Assembly: GCA_036564885.1 (NCBI GenBank)
Contig: DATCOE010000054.1
Coordinates: forward strand, 7,198 to 71,197
Source: Gaiellaceae bacterium
GTDB taxonomy: Bacteria > Actinomycetota > Thermoleophilia > Gaiellales > Gaiellaceae
Direction: 5' to 3'
DNA: 64,000 nt
Shown: positions 36,375 through 44,061 of the stretch, piece by piece
How positions within the stretch are numbered: the stretch's first letter is position 1
Layout: each line of letters starts with the position of its first letter
Position numbers and translations under genes: made by a program
Notes under the pieces: generated by a model
Told to the model about the DNA's origin: nothing
What the model saw: the letters and a program-made list of their open reading frames with translations, nothing else
The model's database searches: none

Positions 36375-37787
36375 CTAAGCCGGGAAGACGACCTCGGCTC
36401 GCGTCCCGTCGCCGGACCACAGGTCAAGCGTGCCGTGCAGCTCGTCGCGCACGAGTGCGCGCACGATCGAGAGCCCGGTACCACCTGCGACCTCTTCAGG
36501 CACCCCTGTCCCGTCGTCGGCGATGGCGAGCACGACGTCGCCGTTTCGCCGCGCGAGCTCGACGCGGACACGATCGCCTCCATGCTCGAGCGCGTTCTGC
36601 AGCAGTTCGGCGAAGACGAGCGCGAGCGCCGTTGCGCGAGCGCCGGGGAGCGACACCGGCTCGAGCTGCGCGGTCACGTTCTTCCCGCCGCCCACGCCCT
36701 GCACGAGCATTGCGCGCAGCCGGTCGATCAGGTCGGCGAGCTCCACGTCCTCATCGCGCCGCTCGGTCAGCAGCTCGTGCACTGCGGCGATCGCGAGGAT
36801 CCGGTTGACCGAGTGCTCGAGCGCCTCGCGCGGATCGATGTGGTCGGTCGAGCGTGCCTGTAGCCGCAGCAGCGACGCCACCGTCTGCAGATTGTTCTTC
36901 ACGCGATGGTGGATCTCTTGCGCGAGCACGCCGCGCATCACCGCGCGGCCATGCTCGAGTGCGACGGCCGCGTGCGTTGCGATCGATGCGAGGAGCTCAC
37001 GGTCGTCGGCGGTGAACGGCGTCGAGCGGTCGGCGACGAGCTCGCCGATCTCCCGGCCGCGCCAGCGGAGCGGCTGGCGGATCGCGTGCACGTCGGCGAC
37101 CCCCTCGGGCCAGGCGATGCGGCCGTCGTCGAGCACGAGCGCCGCGCCCGTCGCGGAGAGCGCGTCCATCGTCGCCTTCACGATTGCCTCGAGCGACTCC
37201 TCCAGATACAGCGACTCGGAAACCGCCTCCGAGATGCGCGCAAGCGCCTCGAGCTCATGAACGCGACGCTGCGCCTCCGCATAGAGCTTCGCATGCTCGA
37301 TCGACTGTGCTACCTGCGCAGCGATGGCGAGCAGCAGGTCGACCTCGTCCTCCGAGAACGCACGTGGCTCGCGGGTGCGCACGTTGAGCGCACCCTCGAG
37401 CGCCCCGTCGCGGGTGAGGATCGGGACGGCGAGAATCGATTCGTACTCGTCCTCGGGCAGATTCAGGAAATTCTTGAAGCGTGGGTCAAGGTGCGCCTGT
37501 GACGCCAGCATCACCGGAGCACGGGCCGCCGCAGCCGACCCGGTGATCCCCTCGCCGGGCCTCATCCGCGGCCGGCGCGACATCTCGTCGATCCGCGTCC
37601 CGCGCGTCGCGCGCAGCACGAGCTCGTCCGCGCGCTCGTCGTAGAGATAGACGAAGCAGGCATCTGCCTCGAGCGCGTCCGTGACCTTCGTCGCCACGAG
37701 GACGAGCACCTCCTGAAGGTCGAGCGTCGAATTGACCGCTTCGATCGTTTCGGTCAGCAGCTTCAGGTGCCGCTCGCGTGGTTCCAT
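36375..37787 (-). CDS. pdtaS: Cytoplasmic sensor histidine kinase, GAF/PAS + HisKA_2 + HATPase (PdtaS-like)
   Basis: No TM segment. GAF-like N-terminus, the EIHHRVKNNLQ H-box typical of HisKA_2/PdtaS, and an HATPase C-terminus. Confidence 0.85.
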   Translation of the reverse strand: MEPRERHLKLLTETIEAVNSTLDLQEVLVLVATKVTDALEADACFVYLYDERADELVLRATRGTRIDEMSRRPRMRPGEGITGSAAAARAPVMLASQAHLDPRFKNFLNLPEDEYESILAVPILTRDGALEGALNVRTREPRAFSEDEVDLLLAIAAQVAQSIEHAKLYAEAQRRVHELEALARISEAVSESLYLEESLEAIVKATMDALSATGAALVLDDGRIAWPEGVADVHAIRQPLRWRGREIGELVADRSTPFTADDRELLASIATHAAVALEHGRAVMRGVLAQEIHHRVKNNLQTVASLLRLQARSTDHIDPREALEHSVNRILAIAAVHELLTERRDEDVELADLIDRLRAMLVQGVGGGKNVTAQLEPVSLPGARATALALVFAELLQNALEHGGDRVRVELARRNGDVVLAIADDGTGVPEEVAGGTGLSIVRALVRDELHGTLDLWSGDGTRAEVVFPA

Positions 37788-38287
37788 CCGGCGTCAAGCG
37801 TACGCTCGCCTCGTTGAGCACGTATCACTGGCTCCTGGCGCTGCATGTGACCGGCGCGTTCTTCCTCGTCAGTGGCTCCGTGGTGGCTGCGGTGCTCAAC
37901 GTGCTGGCACTGCGCAGCGCGCTGCCCAGCGAGACCGCACAGCTCCTGCGCCTGATCAAGAGCGCGGTGATCATCATCGGCCTCGGCGTCGTACTGACCC
38001 TCGTGCTCGGGCTCTGGCTCGTGCACGAGCGCGGCTACTCCTACGGGGCGTTCTGGGTCTGGGGCTCGATCGTGCTCTGGGTGATCTTGAACGCACTCGG
38101 CGGAATCGGCGGCCGCCACCAGGGGAAGGCCCGCGAGCTCGCTGAGCGCCTCGCCGCGGAGGGAGACAGGCCGAGCGACGAACTGCGCGCGCTGCTGCAC
38201 GACCGGCGCGGCAACGCGATGTCGTACGGCGCCGGCCTCGCGACCTTGCTGATTCTCGTGCTGATGATCTGGAAGCCGGGATCGTGA
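37778..38287 (+). CDS. DUF2269-like integral membrane protein
   Basis: Four hydrophobic helices. Start uncertain: GTG 37778 overlaps the divergent pdtaS start, and TTG 37814 is the alternative. Confidence 0.6.
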   Translation: MVPSGVKRTLASLSTYHWLLALHVTGAFFLVSGSVVAAVLNVLALRSALPSETAQLLRLIKSAVIIIGLGVVLTLVLGLWLVHERGYSYGAFWVWGSIVLWVILNALGGIGGRHQGKARELAERLAAEGDRPSDELRALLHDRRGNAMSYGAGLATLLILVLMIWKPGS

Positions 38288-38715
38288 TCGGTTACACACG
38301 GCCCTTGTGGCCGCTCTTCCTGCACATCCTTGGGGCCATGACCCTCGTCGGCGCGGTGCTGACCGTCGCGATCGTGTCCTTGGCAGGCTGGCAGCGGTCC
38401 GAAGCCCAAGTACTCGCCCGGACGGCATTTCGCACCCTCGCCGCCGTCGGCATCCCTGCCTACGTCGTGATGCGGATTTTCGCCGAAGTACTGCGATCCG
38501 ACGAGGGCTACACGCACGCTCTTCCGACGTGGATCAGCCTTGGCCAGGCAATAGCCGACGGAGGGCTGCTCGTCCTCATCGTGACGACGGGCGTTGCCTT
38601 CTGGTGGCAGCGAAGCGGGAAAATCGCGGCCGGTCGTACCCTCGCGGTGCTGTCGACCGTTTATCTGGTGTTGCTCGGTGTCGCGTGGTTCGCGATGTCG
38701 GCCAAGTGGGGCTAA
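38284..38715 (+). CDS. Integral membrane protein (4 TM, hypothetical)
   Basis: GTGA overlap with the preceding gene. High GC3. Confidence 0.6.
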   Translation: MIGYTRPLWPLFLHILGAMTLVGAVLTVAIVSLAGWQRSEAQVLARTAFRTLAAVGIPAYVVMRIFAEVLRSDEGYTHALPTWISLGQAIADGGLLVLIVTTGVAFWWQRSGKIAAGRTLAVLSTVYLVLLGVAWFAMSAKWG

Positions 38716-38773
38716 CAAAACATTTACGTCAAGGGAGGGAGATTCCTCGCAAACGGGGAATAGGTTCACACCG

Positions 38774-39028
38774 ATGAGTGCTCTCGCAATCGATCTCCGC
38801 CGCACAGCAGGCTTCCTCGTCGCAGACGCGCGGGGCCGCGTAGTCGGCACGGTCGAATGCCCGATGTACGGCACCTCACCCGAGACGCCCGACGCACTCT
38901 CGGTTCGCTCCGGCTTCTTCGCACGCCGCCGGCGGATCGTGCCCGCCGACTCGATCGAGCAGATCGACGACGGCACCAAGGTGATCGGCCTGCGCGTCGA
39001 GCGCGAGTCGATCCGCACCTTCCTCTAG
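38774..39028 (+). CDS. Small PRC-barrel-like hypothetical protein (84 aa)
   Basis: ATG at 38774, in frame within ORF 38594..39028. The upstream part of that ORF overlaps the preceding gene and looks non-coding. Confidence 0.45.
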   Translation: MSALAIDLRRTAGFLVADARGRVVGTVECPMYGTSPETPDALSVRSGFFARRRRIVPADSIEQIDDGTKVIGLRVERESIRTFL

Positions 39029-39037
39029 GCGAGAGAA

Positions 39038-39065
39038 GGTGTCTGACACCGAGGCGTCAGACACC
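39038..39065. repeat. Repeat family, locus C: two 13-mers only (GGTGTCTGACACC ga GGCGTCAGACACC)
   Basis: Left-end type (centre T) and right-end type (centre A, one mismatch) are separated by 2 nt. Located between the convergent PRC-like gene and glnA. Confidence 0.8.
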
Positions 39066-39076
39066 CCTCGAAGCGC

Positions 39077-40441
39077 CTACAGAACGCCCAGATAGCGGTC
39101 GAGCTCCCACTGCGTCAGCTGGACGCGGTACTCGTCCCACTCCTTGCGCTTCAGCTTCACGTACGCGTCGAAGATGTGCTCCCCGAGCGCCCGCCGCATC
39201 AGCTCCGACGCAGCCAGCTCGTCGACCGCCTCGCCGAGGGTTTCCGGCAGCGAGATGATGCCCTGCTCGCGGCGCTCCTCCGCGGTCAGGTGGTAGAGGT
39301 TCGTCTCCATCGGCGGCTCGAGCTCGTAGCCCTGCTCGATCCCTTCGAGGCCCGCGTGCAGAAGCGTCGCGAAGGTGAGATAGGGGTTGCACGCCGGGTC
39401 GGGGCAGCGGATCTCGGCCCGCGTCGCCTGCTCGGAGCCCGGCTTGTAGAGCGGGATCCGGATCAGGGCTGAGCGGTTCCTCTGCGACCAGGCAACGTAG
39501 ACCGGGGCCTCGAAGCCCGGCACCAGGCGCTTGTAGGAGTTCACCCACTGGGCGAAGATCGGCGCCAACTCGCGTGCGTGGCGGAGCAGGCCGGCGATGA
39601 ACTGCTTGCCGACGGGCGAGAGGCTGTACTGGTCGCTCCCGTCGAAGAACTGGTTGCGACCGTCCTTGAACAGCGACATGTGCGTGTGCATCCCTGAGCC
39701 GTTCTCGCCGAAGAGCGGCTTCGGCATGAAGGTTGCGTAGACGCCGTTCTTCGCCGCGACCTCCTTGACGATCAGGCGATAGGTGATCGTCTGGTCGGCC
39801 ATGTCGAGCGCCGAGGAGTAGCGCATGTCGATCTCGTGCTGCGACGGGGCGACCTCGTGGTGGTGGTACTCGATCCCGATGCCCATGTGCTCGAGGGCGT
39901 TGATCGTCTCGTTGCGCAGCTCAGTGGCGGCGTCGAGCGCCGTCATGGCGAAGTACCCACCCTCGTCGAGCGTCTCCGTCGACTTGTTGTCGCGGAAGAG
40001 GAAGTACTCGAGCTCCGGGCCGATGTTGAAGGTATCGAAGCCCATCGACTGCATCCGCTCGAGCGCGCGACGGAGCACGTAGCGCGGGTCGCCTTCGTAC
40101 GGCTGGCCGTCCGGCGTGACGACGTCGCAGATCATCCGGCCGACCTTCGCCTCACCCTCTCGCGTCGGCATCAGGCGGTAGGTCGACGGGTCGGGGATCG
40201 CAACCATGTCCGACTCCTCGATCGCGTTGAAGCCGGTGATCGACGAGCCGTCGAAGCCCATGCCGTCGTTCAGCGCGCCCTCGATCTCCGATGGCGTGAT
40301 CGCGAAGCTCTTCAGGTGGCCCTCGATGTCGGTGAACCAGAAGAGGACGTACTCGACGCCCTCCTTCTTCATCTGCTTGATGACCTCTTTGCGCGCCTCC
40401 GGATCAGAGGTTGCGCGGTCATTGCTCTCGATCATCGCCAT
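39077..40441 (-). CDS. glnA: Glutamine synthetase type I
   Basis: KPLFGENGSGMHTHMS ATP-site motif and an N-terminal beta-grasp region. SD GGAGAGGAG lies 9 nt upstream of the ATG. Confidence 0.95.
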   Translation of the reverse strand: MAMIESNDRATSDPEARKEVIKQMKKEGVEYVLFWFTDIEGHLKSFAITPSEIEGALNDGMGFDGSSITGFNAIEESDMVAIPDPSTYRLMPTREGEAKVGRMICDVVTPDGQPYEGDPRYVLRRALERMQSMGFDTFNIGPELEYFLFRDNKSTETLDEGGYFAMTALDAATELRNETINALEHMGIGIEYHHHEVAPSQHEIDMRYSSALDMADQTITYRLIVKEVAAKNGVYATFMPKPLFGENGSGMHTHMSLFKDGRNQFFDGSDQYSLSPVGKQFIAGLLRHARELAPIFAQWVNSYKRLVPGFEAPVYVAWSQRNRSALIRIPLYKPGSEQATRAEIRCPDPACNPYLTFATLLHAGLEGIEQGYELEPPMETNLYHLTAEERREQGIISLPETLGEAVDELAASELMRRALGEHIFDAYVKLKRKEWDEYRVQLTQWELDRYLGVL

Positions 40442-40459
40442 CTGCTCGAACTCCTCTCC

Positions 40460-40507
40460 GGAAAAAGAAAGAGGCCCCAGGCCGCGAACGAGCGCGCCTG
40501 AGGCCCC
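40460..40507 (-). terminator. Intrinsic-terminator-like hairpin plus U-tract in the glnA leader
   Basis: Minus-strand RNA GGGGCCUCAGGC-(12 nt)-GCCUGGGGCCUC followed by UUUCUUUUUCC, which directly abuts the glnA SD. Confidence 0.6.
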
Positions 40508-40528
40508 GTCGCCTCGAAATGCGACGCG

Positions 40529-40537
40529 AGCGTATCA
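40529..40537 (-). promoter_or_regulatory. Candidate extended -10 promoter element TGATACGCT for glnA
   Basis: TGn-TAnnnT pattern about 20 nt upstream of the leader hairpin. The -35 is poor. Not experimentally supported. Confidence 0.3.
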
Positions 40538-40626
40538 GGCGGGGAGGGCCCCCGATAGGTGAGCACCTTGCTCAGGTCGGCGTACCCGAGACTCCGGTTC
40601 AGCGACGTCGACTGCCCGCACCTCGA

Positions 40627-41171
40627 TCACGCCGGCCCCTCGACGACGATCAACGCAGGCAGCTCGCGATAGCCGAGACGCTTGTTGACCCCCCGCATCG
40701 CAGCGTTCCCCTCGACCATCGACGACACGATCTCCCTGTAGCCGTGCTCGGCGGCCCACGCGATCTGTGCGTTCTTCAGCGCGGTGGCGATCCCGCGCCG
40801 GCGGTGGCTGCGCCTCACGGCCGTCAGCCCGTTCTCGAGGCGTCCCTCGTGCCCCGGCATCGCGTAGAGCCGGGCGTAGCCCACGACCTCGTCGCCCTCG
40901 AGCGCGACGACCGCGAACGCGCCCAGGCGCACCTCCTGCGCAATCCACTCCTCGAACGGCGGGGCGGCGGCGACCTGCGGCAACGCCATTTCCGGCGACG
41001 CCTCGCCGGCGACCGCGTACGCACCTTCGAGGTGCCGTCGGAGCCGCTGAGCAGGAGGACGCCACTCACGGTCGCGAGCTGCTCCGCCGTCACGCGCTCC
41101 TCCGGTTCGACCTCCGAGAAGATCGTCACGCAAGCCTCGAGGTCCGCCGTCGATCTTGCGACGCGAATCAA
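40627..41171 (-). pseudogene. GNAT N-acetyltransferase split across two reading frames (frameshift or sequencing error)
   Basis: N-terminus (TTG 41171, MIRVARSTADLEACVTIFSEVEPEERV...) is in one frame. The acetyl-CoA-binding core (RRSHRRRGIATAL) is in another. The span is 545 nt, not a multiple of 3. Confidence 0.5.
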
Positions 41172-42007
41172 CCCGACCGCTTCAGCTTTCCGTGCTGCTT
41201 CGCGTAGCGCTCGCCGGCGCGGAAGACGAGGAGCCCGATCGGGATCGACAAGACACCGATCACGAGCAGCGGCCACACGTCAGCCCAGCGTAGGCCGGCG
41301 CCCTGAAGGATCTGGTCGCGGTTCCCGCGCAGCGCATACGTTGCCGGCGAGATCTTCGCGATCCACTGCATCCACGACGGCAGCACGCTCACCGGGTAGT
41401 AGACACCGGAGACGACGAGCATCAGTCCCTGCGCGACGAAGCCGAGCTGGGTGCCCTTTTCCGGCGAGATCAACGGCAGGACCGCGGTCATCATCCCGAC
41501 GCCGATGAACGAGATCGAAGCGATCGCGAGCAGCGCGACGGCGGCGCCGTAGTTGGCGTGCGGCAGATGGATGCCGATGAACGCGACGACGGCGACGAAG
41601 ATCGCGGCCGCGCGCACGAGCCCGTAGAGCACCGCGTAGACGCCCATGCCGATCAGATGCACCGGCCGCGAGACCGGCGCCATGAACGTGTACTCGATCG
41701 TCCCTTCCCAGCGCTCCCACGCGACCGTCTCGGTGACGATCTCGAAGATGATCCCGAGGAACGCCCAGATGACGCCGCCGACGAGCAGCTTCGTGGCGAG
41801 CTCGTTCCGCGCAGCCGGGGCCAGGTCGACGCCCCGCGAGATGAAGACGATCGTCAGCGTGTTCGCGATCGTCCAGAGCAGGAACGCGAGATCCCAGAGG
41901 AAGTAGCGCTTCGTCAGGTACAGGTTGCGCTCGACGACGCCGTAGAGCCCGATCAGCTCGTTGCGCAGCACGCGCCTGCGGCTGAACGTCGTGTCGACGG
42001 TGGCCAT
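41168..42007 (-). CDS. ABC-2 type transporter permease
   Basis: Six hydrophobic segments. The ATG shares one base with the ATPase TAA (TAATG). Confidence 0.85.
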   Translation of the reverse strand: MATVDTTFSRRRVLRNELIGLYGVVERNLYLTKRYFLWDLAFLLWTIANTLTIVFISRGVDLAPAARNELATKLLVGGVIWAFLGIIFEIVTETVAWERWEGTIEYTFMAPVSRPVHLIGMGVYAVLYGLVRAAAIFVAVVAFIGIHLPHANYGAAVALLAIASISFIGVGMMTAVLPLISPEKGTQLGFVAQGLMLVVSGVYYPVSVLPSWMQWIAKISPATYALRGNRDQILQGAGLRWADVWPLLVIGVLSIPIGLLVFRAGERYAKQHGKLKRSG

Positions 42008-42822
42008 TACGCGAACACCTCCCTCTCCTCGTCCTCTTCGGATTTCTCGTCCTCGAACGTGCGGCCGGTGGCGGCGAAGAACGCCTCCTCGAGTGTCTCG
42101 ACGCCGTAGCGATCCTTCACGTCCTGCACGGGCTCGAGGAACAACAGTTCGCCGCGGTCCAAGAGGCCGATGCGGTCGGCGAGGTCCTCGGCCTCGTTCA
42201 TGTCGTGCGTGCAGAGCAGGATCGTCGAGTCGTGCTGCTGACGAATCTCGCGGATGAAGTTCTGCACCTCCTGCTTCGAGCGCGGGTCGAGGCCCGTCGT
42301 CGGCTCGTCGAGCAGCAGGAGGACCGGTGAGGTGAGCAGCGCACGGGCGAGCGCGACCTTCTGCTGCATGCCGCGCGAGAGGTTCTCCATCGACTCGTTG
42401 CGGCGCGACGCGGGAAAGCCGACGCGCTCCAGGATCACGGGGATCTTGGCGTGCGTCTCCCGCGGCCCCATCCCGTAGAACCGCGCCGCGTAGGCGAGGT
42501 TCTCGGCCGCGCTCATCTTCTTGAAGAAGCTCGCCTCGACCGACACCCGGTTGACGAGCCGGCGCACGGCGCGCGCCTCCTTGAACACGTCGTGCCCGAA
42601 GACGTGCGCCGTCCCGCCGTCCGGGAGGAGGAGCGTGGAGAGGAGGCGGACGAGCGTCGACTTGCCCGAGCCGTTCTGACCGAGGATCGCGACGCATTCG
42701 CCACGGTCCATCGCAAAGGAGACGCCCTTCAGCGCAATGCGGCGCCGCCGGTGGACGAGCCTCTTGCGGCGGGTGAAGACCTTCGTGAGATCACGTACGA
42801 CGACTGCTTGTTGCGAAGACAC
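42007..42822 (-). CDS. ABC transporter ATP-binding protein (ABC-2/DrrA-like exporter ATPase)
   Basis: Walker A GQNGSGKST, signature LSRGMQQK and Walker B LLLDEPT. SD AAGGAG upstream of GTG 42822. Confidence 0.9.
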   Translation of the reverse strand: MSSQQAVVVRDLTKVFTRRKRLVHRRRRIALKGVSFAMDRGECVAILGQNGSGKSTLVRLLSTLLLPDGGTAHVFGHDVFKEARAVRRLVNRVSVEASFFKKMSAAENLAYAARFYGMGPRETHAKIPVILERVGFPASRRNESMENLSRGMQQKVALARALLTSPVLLLLDEPTTGLDPRSKQEVQNFIREIRQQHDSTILLCTHDMNEAEDLADRIGLLDRGELLFLEPVQDVKDRYGVETLEEAFFAATGRTFEDEKSEEDEEREVFA

Positions 42823-43022
42823 ACCATGCTCCTTGGGATCGTGAAAAGAAGACCGAACGAAGACGCACCAGGGCCGCTAGAAGCGGCGCGGGGTGACGTC
42901 TGCGTTGGTGATCCCGGACATGACCCGCGCAAGAATACGGAATGCGCGCGACGCCCGCAAGTCAGATGCAGTAATCACTGCGATCAGTCACGGAGCCCGC
43001 CCGTCGCGTAAGACTTGTAGCC

Positions 43023-43943
43023 GTGAGCCATCAGCACCACGCGCACGGCGGGGACGCCGACACCGAGGTCCGGCCGCTCGCGATCGCGCTCACGCTGATC
43101 GTCGCCTTCATGGCCGCCGAGATCGTGCTCGCGATCGCCGCCCACTCGCTCGCGCTGCTCTCGGACGCCGCCCACATGCTCGTCGACGCGGGAGCGCTCG
43201 GGCTGAGCGTCTGGGCAGCGCGGCTGGCGCGGCGGCCGCCCGGCGGCCGCATGACCTTCGGCTTCCGTCGCGCGGAGATCCTCTCCGCGCAGGCCAACGG
43301 GGTCACGCTGCTTGCCCTCGGCGTCGTGATCCTCGTCGAGGGCGCGCGCAGGCTCGTCTCGCCACCCTCCGTGCACGGGGGGCTCGTTCTCGCGACCGCC
43401 GCCGCAGGGGCGGCCGTCAACGTGCTCGCGCTCTGGCAGGTCGCGCGGGCGAACCGCGCGAACCTGAACGTCGAGGGCAGCTACCGGCACCTGCTCACGG
43501 ACCTTTACGCGTTCGGCGGCACCGCCGTCGCCGGCCTCGTGATCATGACGACGGGCTTCGACCGGGCCGACCCGGTGGCCTCGATCTTCGTCGCGACGTC
43601 AATGCTCGTCGCGGGGTGGCCGCTGCTGCGGGCGAGCGGCCGCATCCTGCTCGAGGCGGCGCCCGAGGGGCTGTCGCCCGACGAGATCGCCGCTGCGGTG
43701 CGGTCGTACGCCGGCGTCACGGACGTCCACGACCTGCACGTCTGGGAGATCAGCTCCGGCTTCCCCGCGCTCTCGGCACACGTGCTCGTCGGACACGGCG
43801 AGGACTGCCACGCCATCCGCCGCGAGCTCGAGACGATCCTGCACGAGCGTTTTGGGATCGACCACACGACACTCCAGGTCGAGCACGCCCACGACGAACT
43901 CCTGTCGATCCGCCCCTTGCGGAGTGTCCGCCCGGACCGCTAG
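43023..43943 (+). CDS. czcD: Cation diffusion facilitator family metal efflux protein
   Basis: His-rich N-terminus (MSHQHHAH), the HSLALLSDAAHMLVD TM2 motif and a C-terminal cytoplasmic domain. Confidence 0.85.
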   Translation: MSHQHHAHGGDADTEVRPLAIALTLIVAFMAAEIVLAIAAHSLALLSDAAHMLVDAGALGLSVWAARLARRPPGGRMTFGFRRAEILSAQANGVTLLALGVVILVEGARRLVSPPSVHGGLVLATAAAGAAVNVLALWQVARANRANLNVEGSYRHLLTDLYAFGGTAVAGLVIMTTGFDRADPVASIFVATSMLVAGWPLLRASGRILLEAAPEGLSPDEIAAAVRSYAGVTDVHDLHVWEISSGFPALSAHVLVGHGEDCHAIRRELETILHERFGIDHTTLQVEHAHDELLSIRPLRSVRPDR

Positions 43944-43946
43944 CGT
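43917..43946 (+). promoter_or_regulatory. Candidate sigma-70-type promoter for glnII (TTGCGG-18 nt-TAGCGT) inside the czcD 3' end
   Basis: The -10 TAGCGT includes the czcD TAG stop. Sequence pattern only. Confidence 0.25.
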
Positions 43947-43988
43947 GTGGACACGTGCAGTGCCGACGACGGCGCGCGCGGAGGCAAT

Positions 43989-44028
43989 GGGGCCTCACGA
44001 CTCTTCGGAGTTGTGGGGCCCTTTTTTT
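43989..44028 (+). terminator. Canonical intrinsic terminator (14-bp stem, UUCG loop, U7) in the czcD-glnII gap / glnII leader
   Basis: GGGGCCUCACGACUC-UUCG-GAGUUGUGGGGCCC-UUUUUUU. The U-tract ends 19 nt before the glnII SD. Confidence 0.8.
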
Positions 44029-44061
44029 GTTCCGAAACGTCGATGACAGGAGGACGACCGC

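Noticed and set aside
40460-40537. Known glutamine riboswitch (glnA RNA motif), or a complete ANTAR dual-hexaloop target, in the glnA/glnII leaders.
   Set aside because: I could not find the conserved core of the glutamine riboswitch as I remember it. Only one hexaloop hairpin per leader is visible, and only the glnII loop has the A1/G4 pattern. I kept it as an open attenuator hypothesis rather than assigning a known class.
43948-43963. Sigma-54-like TGGACACGTGCAGTGC upstream of glnII.
   Set aside because: The GG/GC spacing does not fit the TGGCAC-N5-TTGC consensus. Sigma-54 is not expected in this kind of genome.
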